The notes: generated by a model from the sequence alone, not told the origin. A DNA stretch of 32,000 nucleotides from Peribacillus huizhouensis (GCF_014138605.1 NZ_JACJHX010000008.1:155933-187932), one strand, 5' to 3'. Positions 17,650-26,490 are shown, counted from the first letter of the stretch. Program-made: numbers and translations.

Positions 17650-18120
17650 AATGTCCTCTCCCTTGTTTAATCTATATAAGGTACTGAATGTACTTAAACT
17701 CTGCATTTATTTCTTTCTGTAATAAATCCTCTATTCTTTTAGAATTCATTCAAATTCCCTTTATAAGTAAGTAATACCACACGCGGATTTTCTTCCTATT
17801 TTTTGGTTCTTTTTATACTTTTGATTTGCATTCTTGTTAAATTCGTCATCTTATCTTCTATTACTTCTAACAAGTCCTTACTCTGCTATTTTTTAAACAA
17901 ACCGCATTAGCTAACTTCTTTCCTTTTCTACCTTTCTATCACTACATATGGTGTCTTCAATTACTAATCACAACAATCAGACTAAGTGTCTTAAAAGAAA
18001 TGTCTGTTACGAGAGATTACCTCCAAACGATGAACAATCCTCAAAAAATGCCTTTTAGTTCTTTTTGTAAAGAATTTATGGTCATTTCTTTACTATTAAG
18101 TTAATAAAATCACAATTTTA

Positions 18121-18705
18121 TCAACTAACAAAGTTGTTCTTTTCACTATTTCCCATCTCTTCATCAATATCACTAAATTCCACTACCCCCTCGTCTAAAG
18201 CAGGTCTCCGAAACTGCTTAAAAAAAGTGTATTCAACTAAAGGTGTGTTATAATCTACCCCTAGAGGATGTTTTGGTTGATTGTTTGCAATCTCTCGAAA
18301 ACAGTACAGAGGGAAGTACGAAAACAAAGATTTAAGAGAATCATCCATATAGCGTTTTTGAATTTTACCATGTTCACCCCAAGCTACAACTATCTTATCT
18401 GCATTCTGTAAGGCATTCTGTAAGAAACTATGATTATGTACTCCAACCATTTTTTTATAATCTTTTACTTTTTTGAGGTCTGTTGGGTAAGTTGCTCGAA
18501 AAGCAAACAGATTAACAATTTGTAGAGAACCATATCCCCATTTTTTTGCAAATTCAATACATACCTTAGTTGTTTGGTCATCTCCTTCATCATCTGCTGT
18601 ACTTGGATTCAGCAAAACAAAGACAACTCTTTGAGCATTTGATTCATCCCATTCCCTTATTAAGGAATAACGATACTCCCCATCTATAACTGCTTCTCTT
18701 CTCAT
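18121..18705 (-). CDS. DUF1643 domain protein (uracil-DNA-glycosylase-like fold family)
   Basis: YRYSLIREWDESNAQRVVFVLLNPSTADDEGDDQTTKVCIEFAKKWGYGSLQIVNLFAFRATYPTDL matches the DUF1643 pattern (YRY.L.R.W...NPStAd...D.T...c..fa...GyG....NLfa.R). The likely start is ATG 18705 (GAGGGAG 8 nt upstream) rather than the track GTG at 18714. Confidence 0.8.
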   Translation of the reverse strand: MRREAVIDGEYRYSLIREWDESNAQRVVFVLLNPSTADDEGDDQTTKVCIEFAKKWGYGSLQIVNLFAFRATYPTDLKKVKDYKKMVGVHNHSFLQNALQNADKIVVAWGEHGKIQKRYMDDSLKSLFSYFPLYCFREIANNQPKHPLGVDYNTPLVEYTFFKQFRRPALDEGVVEFSDIDEEMGNSEKNNFVS

Positions 18706-18927
18706 ACTTTTCACTCCCTCATTAGACTTTAGACTTCAATATAATCAAGAAAAGTTTTGATAAAAACTCTAGGTTAATCTCAATGTTATTTAATGTTATC
18801 CACGTTTTCCTAATACACTAAATTTCAGGATTATTTTACCATGAATATCAGTGTACAACTGTCATGTTTTGTCGAGTAAAATCAATCCATTTAACAATAT
18901 TTTTTACCACTTTTTTAGAATATATAG

Positions 18928-19092
18928 GAAGGAGCGGGAAAACGTAGTTTCAACCGCAAGTGAAGAAAAATCTAATGAGGAGAAAAAGGTTAGATTGCGA
19001 GGATTGCAGCGCTACTAACTTTATTGAATAACCTTTCCCTTGAAATGGTGATATGGTTCCCCTGCTAAAGAAACGCACTTACTTAATAGTGA
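18928..19092. repeat. copy of modular dispersed repeat (left boundary of resolvase/GIY-YIG/HNH cassette)
   Basis: Modules in order: GGAGCGGGAAAACGTAGTTTCAACCGCAAGTG (X), CGAGGATTGCAGCGCTAC (X-like), then TTGAAATGGTGATATGGTTCCCCTGCTAAAGAAACGCACTTACTTAATAGTGAG (Y). The stretch 18995-19092 aligns in direct orientation with 22603-22695. Confidence 0.6.
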
Positions 19093-19443
19093 GTTTTCTC
19101 TTTGAAAATCTATGGTGTACTGTTCAACTTTCTTTTCCTATCTGCTAAAAATACAAATAAGTTTCCCTCCATGTATAAGGAAAACCCATTGCAAGGGAAC
19201 TATATTCTCTGTTTAGCTCTACTGAAATTCAACTACTTGAAGTATTCATTTTCAATGACTATTTGCAATGTGGTAAAGGTAGGGTTATTCGATTTTTTAT
19301 AGTACTTGTATCGGAAGTATTAAAAATCTATGGTGTTTAAGTCCACCTACTACACCCATTATCAGTAACGAGGTAACTCCAAAATGTTGAAATACACCCC
19401 CATACTAAAGATAAATCCTTCCTTTAAAAATTGAAAACCCAAA

Positions 19444-19470
19444 GAAAAAAAGGATTCCTGTATGGAATCC
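19444..19470 (-). terminator. intrinsic terminator of the resolvase/small-ORF transcript
   Basis: GGATTCC (19452-19458) pairs with GGAATCC (19464-19470) around a 5-nt loop. On the minus strand it is followed by a run of T (the A-run at 19444-19451). Confidence 0.65.
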
Positions 19471-19484
19471 CAATTTATATATAA

Positions 19485-19676
19485 CTATTTTGTTAGTTCT
19501 TCTTTCCATTCTTTTAAATCTGATATTACTTCTCTAAAATCTTTATCAAACGGATACTTTTCTGCAAGTTTATCTGAATGCGTTGTTTCAACTTTTTCCC
19601 ATTCATCGCTTAATTTAATCCATGCTGCAATTGCTTCGTCTAACGCTTTTTTAAACTCATCCATTATACCTTTCAC
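19485..19676 (-). CDS. small acidic hypothetical protein co-transcribed with the resolvase
   Basis: A 59-63 aa helical-looking ORF (DEFKKALDEAIAAWIKLSDEWEKVE..). GGTGAAAGG lies just upstream of the internal ATG at 19664. It sits between the resolvase stop and the terminator. Confidence 0.5.
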   Translation of the reverse strand: MKGIMDEFKKALDEAIAAWIKLSDEWEKVETTHSDKLAEKYPFDKDFREVISDLKEWKEELTK

Positions 19677-19740
19677 CTACTTTTATTTATAGTATTATAC
19701 GTAAAATTCTACCATTTTTATTTATTAAGGTAAAACCATT

Positions 19741-20310
19741 TTAACATTCTCTATCCTTTACTTCTTGTTCATTCTTTCTTCTAATCAGAGTTCTCTTCGT
19801 GATACCAGTCAGCGCTTCAACTTCCTTGTATGTATGATTTTCAAGAAGCTTTAAGGCATGTTGTACTTGTTGCTTAGAATGTTTTCTTGGTCTACCTTCA
19901 CGAAAATCGTCTCGCTGTTTTGCAATTACTTTTCCTTCTTGAGTACGTTCAACTATTAGATTTCTTTCCATCTCAGCTACTGCAAGAAGCGTTTGTAAGA
20001 AAAATCTCCCAATTGTAGTGTTTTCCAATAACCCTACATTCAACACATGAACCTTTACATCCTTTTGGAATAGGCTCTCGATTATCTCAATACCTTCCTT
20101 AGTATTACGAGCAAGGCGGTCTAATTTTGTCACCACCAAAGTATCACCCGCTTGCATTTCCCTGAGTAACTTCTTAAACTGCGGTCTATCTGTTTTTGTA
20201 CCTGTAAACTTCTCTTCAAAGATGACTTCGCATTCTTCTTTTTTGAGTTCTTCATTTTGTACTGTTAAATCTTGTGCCACTGTGGATACCCTTGCATATC
20301 CATATTTCAT
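19741..20310 (-). CDS. serine recombinase (resolvase/invertase family)
   Basis: Motifs present: [44 protein letters not shown], and a C-terminal HTH ([18 protein letters not shown]). GAGGGGAAA lies upstream of the ATG. Confidence 0.92.
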   Translation of the reverse strand: MKYGYARVSTVAQDLTVQNEELKKEECEVIFEEKFTGTKTDRPQFKKLLREMQAGDTLVVTKLDRLARNTKEGIEIIESLFQKDVKVHVLNVGLLENTTIGRFFLQTLLAVAEMERNLIVERTQEGKVIAKQRDDFREGRPRKHSKQQVQHALKLLENHTYKEVEALTGITKRTLIRRKNEQEVKDREC

Positions 20311-20330
20311 GTCATTTTCCCCTCTAATTT

Positions 20331-20418
20331 ATGTCACTATGTTTTGTCACCATTCAATACCTTGATTTTACTACATCACAAAAATGGTGTCAATACTATT
20401 AGGATGTGACACCATTTT
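20331..20418. promoter_or_regulatory. res-like recombinase binding region upstream of the resolvase gene
   Basis: A perfect 12-bp inverted repeat, AAAATGGTGTCA (20381-20392) and TGACACCATTTT (20407-20418), has a 14-bp spacer. Extra half-site-like copies are TGTCACCATT (20346-20355) and TGTCACTATG (20333-20342). The position matches res sites of small serine resolvases. Confidence 0.5.
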
Positions 20419-20492
20419 AATAATAAGAAGTTTATAATTATCTTATAGATTTAAAAACGTTTTTAAATTAACTATATCACCTTAATAAACGT

Positions 20493-20517
20493 AAAAAAGG
20501 ACTGTTTTTTTACAGTC
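20493..20517 (-). terminator. intrinsic terminator after the GIY-YIG gene
   Basis: GACTGT (20500-20505) pairs with ACAGTC (20512-20517). On the minus strand it is followed by CTTTTTTAC. Confidence 0.6.
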
Positions 20518-20592
20518 TCAAAAGTATACTTTTAAAAACATTATTCTAAAGAAAATTTTAAAACACCCTCCATAAGGGCGCTTAAAATAAAG

Positions 20593-21363
20593 TTACTTAT
20601 TCCACAACATATAAGCACCATTTATCTCAATTACATTTCCTTCTGTAGCAAACTGTTCTAAATCTTTCCTTGACTTTTCATGTGCTTCCTTATAATAATC
20701 ACACTTTTTATGCATACCTATATGTTTTTCTTTTTCAGAAAGTTGCACAGTTTCAAAAGAGACCTTTTTCAATAGCTCATGATATTTTTCTCTAATAAGG
20801 ATTTCTGCTTCTTTTAATTCTATCAACTCTTGTTGGAGTTCTTCAATTCTGTCATAGATTTCAGTAGGAAGTTTTCTTGTACTTAGCATTTTATCTATCT
20901 TTTCAGTCATCATCTCTATCACAAAACTGTTAGTAGACTTGGATAGTTTGATATCATTGTTTAATACTGGTTCAAGAGTATATATAAAATATCTTTCTAA
21001 AACAGCAATTTTTCCAGGGTCATCTTTTGCTAAATCGTCACAAAAGAAGACCAGGAGTTCTTTAGCGTTAAATAATTCAAATAGATGTTTTTTTTCATGT
21101 TTACTATGCCTTTCGAATAAACCCTTTTGACCGTTGGCTAAACCTACATAAATAACCTTGTCATTATTATCTTTAACAAAGTAAAAACCAATCCGTTTAG
21201 GTAGGCCTAAATGAACAGACTTACTCCATGGATATACATCTTCATGCTGTGAGAAATCGAATGAAAGTGTTTTAATATTTGCTGATTGCTCCTTATTCAA
21301 ATTATTCATAAAGTTTCCCGAGACTTGTATTTCAATTTTTCCATTGACCTTGGTTGTCGACAT
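20593..21363 (-). CDS. GIY-YIG nuclease-domain protein with C-terminal coiled-coil-like region
   Basis: IGFYFVKDNNDKVIYVGLANGQKGLFERHSKH gives GFY, a 10-aa gap, then YVG, then Arg. VLERYFIYTLEPVLNND supplies the Glu and Asn. The C-terminus EELQQELIELKEAEILIREKYHELLKK is heptad-like. The N-terminal ~50 aa are unassigned. Confidence 0.7.
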   Translation of the reverse strand: MSTTKVNGKIEIQVSGNFMNNLNKEQSANIKTLSFDFSQHEDVYPWSKSVHLGLPKRIGFYFVKDNNDKVIYVGLANGQKGLFERHSKHEKKHLFELFNAKELLVFFCDDLAKDDPGKIAVLERYFIYTLEPVLNNDIKLSKSTNSFVIEMMTEKIDKMLSTRKLPTEIYDRIEELQQELIELKEAEILIREKYHELLKKVSFETVQLSEKEKHIGMHKKCDYYKEAHEKSRKDLEQFATEGNVIEINGAYMLWNK

Positions 21364-21429
21364 ATAATTAAATTCTCCTTAAAATGGAAATTATCCCCAA
21401 TTTATCATTACAAATTTATATTAGAATAA

Positions 21430-21473
21430 AAAATAAAAATAAAGTATTCCTACTACTTTATTTTTATTTTTTT
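21430..21473. terminator. long AT-only hairpin between the HNH and GIY-YIG genes
   Basis: AAAATAAAAATAAAGTA (21430-21446) pairs with TACTTTATTTTTATTTT (21454-21470) around loop TTCCTAC. Flanking A/T runs are present on both sides. Confidence 0.6.
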
Positions 21474-21479
21474 AGAAAC

Positions 21480-22298
21480 TTATTCATTCCAAAAAGGAAC
21501 ATTTACTGAACTAGTATCAGTGTTTCGGTCACCTTTTGTAGTATTACATTTTTCACAAAGTAACTGCATATTTGAAGCGTCATTACTTCCAAAGATATTT
21601 AGTGGCACTATATGGTCAATATGTATTTGATTTTGATTTCTTATTAAATTAGACAAATCACGTCGACAAATAGTACACGTTCCTTTATCTCTATAAAAAA
21701 CCGCTGATTTTAACCATTCAGGAAAATATTGACGTTTCAATCTATCTTTAGAAGTAACAAACTGAGGATACTTCTCTTTAATATTATCTATTTCACCTTC
21801 AATAAAATCAGCCAATTCCACATGAAAATCATGCAAAAATTTTCTGTCTTGGAAAATAAACTGAAATGCTGAATGTATAATTAGTTCATTTACTTTATCT
21901 AAATTATCAGATATATATTCAATCCATGTTTCTATTATTGGCTTACACTTACAATCAAAATGTCCATTGTTATCATCACATTGTTCAAAATCAGGACTTT
22001 GTATATTAGTATTAGGATACAATTTTGCATCTTTTAACATTCTTACCATTAGGTTATATCCTTCTGACATATCATCTAAGTCCTCAAATATACTTTTTAT
22101 CCCTTTTAATCTATACTGTATATCAGCTAAATAATAATGTACAGCAGTTGTTTTATTAGGCTTTAATACACTTTCAATAATTTCATCTCTATATTCGAAA
22201 AATGAACTTTGAGCTACATCCCGATAAAAGTAATCTACTGCTATTCCTGCTAGACTTAATCCTGAAGTTAGAGCTAAATGTTCTTCTTTAAGAGTCAT
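21480..22298 (-). CDS. HNH endonuclease-domain protein with unknown ~200-aa N-terminal domain
   Basis: The C-terminus is GTCTICRRDLSNLIRNQNQIHIDHIVPLNIFGSNDASNMQLLCEKCNTTKGDR (Cys pair, H-N-H core). ATG at 22298 has AAGGAG 8 nt upstream; the track TTG at 22304 is too close to the RBS. Confidence 0.85.
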   Translation of the reverse strand: MTLKEEHLALTSGLSLAGIAVDYFYRDVAQSSFFEYRDEIIESVLKPNKTTAVHYYLADIQYRLKGIKSIFEDLDDMSEGYNLMVRMLKDAKLYPNTNIQSPDFEQCDDNNGHFDCKCKPIIETWIEYISDNLDKVNELIIHSAFQFIFQDRKFLHDFHVELADFIEGEIDNIKEKYPQFVTSKDRLKRQYFPEWLKSAVFYRDKGTCTICRRDLSNLIRNQNQIHIDHIVPLNIFGSNDASNMQLLCEKCNTTKGDRNTDTSSVNVPFWNE

Positions 22299-22602
22299 TC
22301 CCAATTCTCCTTATAATTTGAATAGTTATTATATGCACCAAATTATAACAGTTTTTGTATAATCAACATATAACCGGATAACTAAACTTTAACCTCAAAA
22401 ACTAATTTTTTCACGGCTATTTATAAACATATATTAATATCTCAACTTTTGATTCTGCTTGATTATTAGCGAATACATATCTTTTTCTACTTTTACCTGA
22501 ATTGTTTGTAACTACAAATATATTAACTTTCCACAAATTCTTAAGTATCTTTTCTTCTTGTCTTTTTAGAAAATTAGAAAACTCGTACTTATTATATATC
22601 AC

Positions 22603-22695
22603 CTTGCGGGTGCGGAACTGCTCCCCTCTTTATACACTCACACTTCCTTCGTAATGGTGATATGGTAGCCCATCTAAATAAACACACCCACTATA
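22603..22695. repeat. copy of modular dispersed repeat (right boundary of cassette, about 230 bp upstream of the integrase)
   Basis: CTTGCGGGTGCGGAACTGCTCCCC (X-like) is followed by TCGTAATGGTGATATGGTAGCCCATCTAAATAAACACACCCACTATATTA (Y). It is in direct orientation relative to 18995-19092. Confidence 0.6.
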
Positions 22696-22921
22696 TTATA
22701 TAGTAATTCGTGAGAAAATGACTTTGTCTCTTAACCTTATGATAAATACTTCCTCACAGGAGAATATTTGTTATGTTGCTTATTGATATGCTCTGTTTCC
22801 ATCTACAAATACCTACGTGTCGTTTTTATCATAATGGTCAACAACCCTACATTTCATGGTAAAATATAGGTAAGGAAACCTTCACAGACTAAGGGTAACT
22901 TCCAAGGAGGTTGTTCTTACT

Positions 22922-24052
22922 GTGACAGGTAGTATCAATAAAAATAAACAAACAGGAAAATGGGATTTTATATTTAATGGTGGCATAGACCCCATGACTG
23001 GTAAACGGAAACAAATCAGAAGACGAGGATTTGAATCAAAACGTCATGCCCTTGATGAAATGACAAAGCTAAGAGCAGAAGTATTAGAAGACGAGTTCCT
23101 AGACCTGACAAAAATGACTTACGAACGCTATATGGAGGAGTGGTTTCAAGAAAGGAAGAATACACTACAAAAGACTACTTTTGAAATTCATTTTATCTAT
23201 TATAGAAATGTCATAAAACCAAAACTGGGTCAGTTAAAAGTACAGCAGATTGCACCAATACAAATTCAAAAGTTTATCAATGAATTAGTAAACGACACGA
23301 GCTATTCAGCAAACACCATCCATCTAATTTTCCGAATTGTTAGTGCTTCATTAAAAAAAGCAAAAGTTTTGAAACTAATAAAGCAAAACCCTACTGATGG
23401 AATCACTCTTCCGAAGATTAAGAAAAGAGAAATGAGTATTTGGTCGCTCAAACAAGTCAATCATTTCATCAGCGAAGCTAGTAATGTTAATAGGTTGACT
23501 CGCTGTTACATCGGATTTCTAATTTCTATCTTTACAGGAATGAGACAAGGAGAGATTTTAGGTATGCGTTGGAAAGATGTAGATTTTGAAACACAGACAA
23601 TATTTGTTCGGCAAACATTAACACAAAATGCTGAAATAAAATCGGGTGCAAAGAATGAAGCGAGCGTCCGTTCCATACACATCCCTAGTAAATTAGTAGA
23701 CGAGTTAAGGACTTACAGGAAACATGTCTTACAGGAAAAGTTGACTCATGGGCAAAGTTACTATGACAACGATTTAGTTGTTTGTACAAGGGCCGGTAAA
23801 CCCATGATACCGAGAAACTTCCGCAAAGAGTTCTATAATTTAGTAGAGAAGGTCGGCTTACCTAAGATTCGTTTTCACGACCTTAGACATACTCATGCTA
23901 CTATCTTGATTCAACAAAATGTAAATGTGAAGCTTATCTCGGAACGGCTAGGTCACTCAGATATTGAAACAACACTTAACACATATAGCCACGTTCTTCC
24001 AGACATGCAGAAATCTGTATCAGATAAATTAGATAAAATCATTGGAATGTGA
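22922..24052 (+). CDS. int: tyrosine recombinase, phage-integrase family
   Basis: GTG start with AAGGAGG upstream. The SAM-like N-domain is followed by the catalytic region: GMRQGEILGMRWKDVD (Arg), IRFHDLRHTHATILI (H-x-x-R), LGHSDIETTLNTYSHV (catalytic Tyr). Confidence 0.92.
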   Translation: MTGSINKNKQTGKWDFIFNGGIDPMTGKRKQIRRRGFESKRHALDEMTKLRAEVLEDEFLDLTKMTYERYMEEWFQERKNTLQKTTFEIHFIYYRNVIKPKLGQLKVQQIAPIQIQKFINELVNDTSYSANTIHLIFRIVSASLKKAKVLKLIKQNPTDGITLPKIKKREMSIWSLKQVNHFISEASNVNRLTRCYIGFLISIFTGMRQGEILGMRWKDVDFETQTIFVRQTLTQNAEIKSGAKNEASVRSIHIPSKLVDELRTYRKHVLQEKLTHGQSYYDNDLVVCTRAGKPMIPRNFRKEFYNLVEKVGLPKIRFHDLRHTHATILIQQNVNVKLISERLGHSDIETTLNTYSHVLPDMQKSVSDKLDKIIGM

Positions 24053-24089
24053 CCAAATTAGTGACCGCTACACATCGACATTGCCTTAA

Positions 24090-24647
24090 ATGCAGTCATA
24101 TCAATGTTTCAGCTACCTTCACCCCTACATGCCTGAAGAAGGAATGGTTGAAACTGGCGAACTAAAAATCCATCAAGCATCACATGCTCGTTATTTCGAA
24201 GACTTCTTGAAATTCGTTGATTATGGTGAATCAATGCCAGAAATTATGAAAGCACAAGTCATGAATATGGTGCATGAGCATGTTCAAGAAACATACGCTG
24301 ATAACAGCGAAGAGTTGCAGCAATTTGAACAGGCAATGGAAGTTTGGGAAGCAAGTGAAAAACGGGAGATTCAAGAGCGTCTCGATACGCATCAAGTGAT
24401 TGAAGCCACAGCACAAATTGTTGAACATACGCCTGATGCAGAAATGCGAATGACGCTTGGCAATACTTCTGTGAAAGGATTGCTTTCCGATTTCGGCGAA
24501 AATGTCCATTTAGGGAAAATTAACGGACGGTATGTTTTGCTTGTGGATGCAGAGTCGATTGTGTTTGAAAAAGGCGTCTCACCGATTGAATTTCATAAAC
24601 CAGAAGATGTCATGTCGATATTGGAGCGGATCAGGCAGAAGGAATAA
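24090..24647 (+). CDS. acidic hypothetical protein, visibly GC-richer than surroundings
   Basis: A 185-aa ORF directly after int with protein-like composition (EELQQFEQAMEVWEASEKREIQERL). No convincing RBS precedes any of the first three Met codons, so the start is uncertain. It is followed by a terminator. Confidence 0.55.
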   Translation: MQSYQCFSYLHPYMPEEGMVETGELKIHQASHARYFEDFLKFVDYGESMPEIMKAQVMNMVHEHVQETYADNSEELQQFEQAMEVWEASEKREIQERLDTHQVIEATAQIVEHTPDAEMRMTLGNTSVKGLLSDFGENVHLGKINGRYVLLVDAESIVFEKGVSPIEFHKPEDVMSILERIRQKE

Positions 24648-24733
24648 GTGGAGATTTTTAAACGAGTCACACAAAAATATGATGATTTGTTACTCTAGTG
24701 TCACAACTAATACCTGTGCATATCCTGATTTAT

Positions 24734-24758
24734 AGCGGTCTTTGCGACTGCTTTTTTT
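24734..24758 (+). terminator. intrinsic terminator after 24090-24647
   Basis: AGCGGTC (24734-24740), loop TTTGC, GACTGCT (24746-24752, with one G-T pair), then TTTTTTT. Confidence 0.65.
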
Positions 24759-24930
24759 ATTTGTGACTCCCAGTGTCACATCAATCGATCCCACTAAACT
24801 AAACCCATCCTCAGTGATATCCTCAAAATATTCACCAGCACACCATATAAGTATCCAAACTTGTCCTTCACATTCTTAACCTTCAATGCCCTAATCAATT
24901 GTCTAAGACTTACAACTCCTACTTGAATTT

Positions 24931-25146
24931 TCATATATCATTATCAAAACAAAATGGATAGGCTGCCTTGTTAACCTTTGACCATAACTTTTCAATTGTT
25001 CTCGCATCTTTGAACTGGATTGATGCTAAATCTTTAAAATCTTGCGGTACTCTATCACTAGTAATTTCAGCAGATAGTGTTTCAGTACGTTTGTTATCTT
25101 TTATGTTGCTAGTTTTAGAAAGATTAATAGATTCTTGTTGGTTCAA
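24931..25146 (-). CDS. hypothetical small protein (71 aa) overlapping the YolD-like stop
   Basis: The TTG start overlaps the TGA of the upstream YolD-like frame. Its own TGA overlaps the ATG (ATGA) of a further 46-codon ORF (24794-24934) that is not in the track. No family is recognised, so this may be a remnant. Confidence 0.35.
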   Translation of the reverse strand: MNQQESINLSKTSNIKDNKRTETLSAEITSDRVPQDFKDLASIQFKDARTIEKLWSKVNKAAYPFCFDNDI

Positions 25147-25436
25147 TTTTCCTGTTTAGATGATTCAACGTGATTTGAAAAAGAATCTTGACAGACTCTA
25201 TGCACTATTCCCATATAATTCTTGAAATAACCACCCTCCCACACTGTTAATTTAATGGGCAAAGTAAGTGTCATGGCGTAGTGGATTTTCTCGTCGAATT
25301 CTTGCCATTGATATTCATCTAATATAGGGTTCTAAATCCGCTCAATTTCATCATAAAAGTAGTCCTGAAGCATTTTTACATGTTCAGTAAGCATGATGGA
25401 AATCCATTTAATTGTTCCTCTATCACGAATAGTCAT
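25143..25436 (-). pseudogene. YolD-like protein gene with one in-frame amber codon
   Basis: AAGGAG sits upstream of ATG 25436. MTIRDRGTIKWISIMLTEHVKMLQDYFYDEIERI*NPILDEYQWQEFDEKIHYAM.. matches the YolD-like RG.IKW...ML.EH...L signature. TAG at 25332-25334 is in frame (codon 35), and the frame ends at TGA 25143-25145. Confidence 0.7.
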
Positions 25437-25829
25437 AAGATCATCTCCTTAGAAAACCTCATTATAGAACAAGTGTTCTATTTTATACAATATAAAAGAC
25501 CACTTTGAAAGTAGTCATAGTTAATCATTTATGTTCATCTAGCCACATTAATAAAATCTCTTTTGTTTTTTCAACCGGAAAATACCACTTGAAGCCTACC
25601 TTTCTTTTGGGAAATCGAGGATTATAGAAGAACTCTTTTTGTTTACAGGCGTTCTATTATCCTGCCTAAATTCCCTTTAAACTCCTTCAAACGCTTCTCC
25701 CCTTTTTTTAAATAATTTTATAAAGTCGTTTTATGAAGATATGAAGTGTATTCAAGATATAAATTAGCTTGTTTCATATCTTCATAATTTGAATTAGCAA
25801 GTCGATAAATTTTGTATAAATCTAACTCC

Positions 25830-26018
25830 TTAAACAACTACTACGTTAACTTCAATCAATTCCAAGTTATCATCATGTTCTTTTATATTGATTGCTTCTA
25901 CTTCAGGATAAATGTGAGCATAGTCGAAGTTCAAAGTTTGTGTGTTATCCGCTTTGAGAAATACTTGCTTCCCTGTGATTTGACTTGAGTTATTATCTTT
26001 GATTATGTATTTCTTCAT
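25830..26018 (-). CDS. small hypothetical protein (62 aa)
   Basis: AAAGGAG lies 8 nt upstream of the ATG. No family is recognised. Confidence 0.45.
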   Translation of the reverse strand: MKKYIIKDNNSSQITGKQVFLKADNTQTLNFDYAHIYPEVEAINIKEHDDNLELIEVNVVVV

Positions 26019-26292
26019 GTTACTTTACTCCTTTAATTATATTGTTGGATTTTGTATTTTTATGTCGACACTATTATGATACCATAGCAGCGTATGCTTT
26101 CTCTAGCCCTAATTCCGATTATTTTTAATAATTAGTAAATTAAAGTGATGTTAAAGTATACTAATTGCAATCCTAATTGTTTCTCTATTAAAGATTACTT
26201 TCTTTAATTTTATTTTTAAACTTTTTGAATTATTACGTTAAAGGATTTAACTTTGATTTGAAGAATAGGTAATACGAGGAAGTGATCTAAAT

Positions 26293-26490
26293 ATGATTTT
26301 GAAAACAGAATCGATTATTGGATGGATTAAAAAGGGTTGAGGAATAGAACACTAGCTATGATGTAGAGTGACTGAACAAACATTTTCGAAGTGGAGAAAT
26401 AATAAATCTCAACCTAATTTATATCAGGCAACTATCATGGCTAAAGAGTTAGGTATAAGTGTCGATGAATTGATTAAATGGGAAGATTAA
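26293..26490 (+). pseudogene. decayed XRE/Cro-CI-type HTH regulator
   Basis: The 3' part reads VTEQTFSKWRNNKSQPNLYQATIMAKELGISVDELIKWED*, the typical second half of an XRE HTH domain. The 5' part (MILKTESIIGWIKKG*) is broken by stops and frameshifts. Confidence 0.5.

Noticed and set aside
22417-22602. The 61-aa ORF at the right edge of the cassette.
   Set aside because: It has no RBS and no motif, and its start abuts the boundary repeat. It may be a fragment of a lost gene, but that is not supportable.
24794-24934. The 46-codon ORF (MKIQVGVVSLRQLIRALKVKN...) coupled by an ATGA overlap to 24931..25146, considered as a possible remnant of the Y-family polymerase that normally follows yolD-like genes.
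   Set aside because: Neither this ORF nor the 71-aa ORF contains the DMKSFYASVE-type N-terminal polymerase motif. The overlaps are suggestive of real coupling, but the products are unrecognisable.
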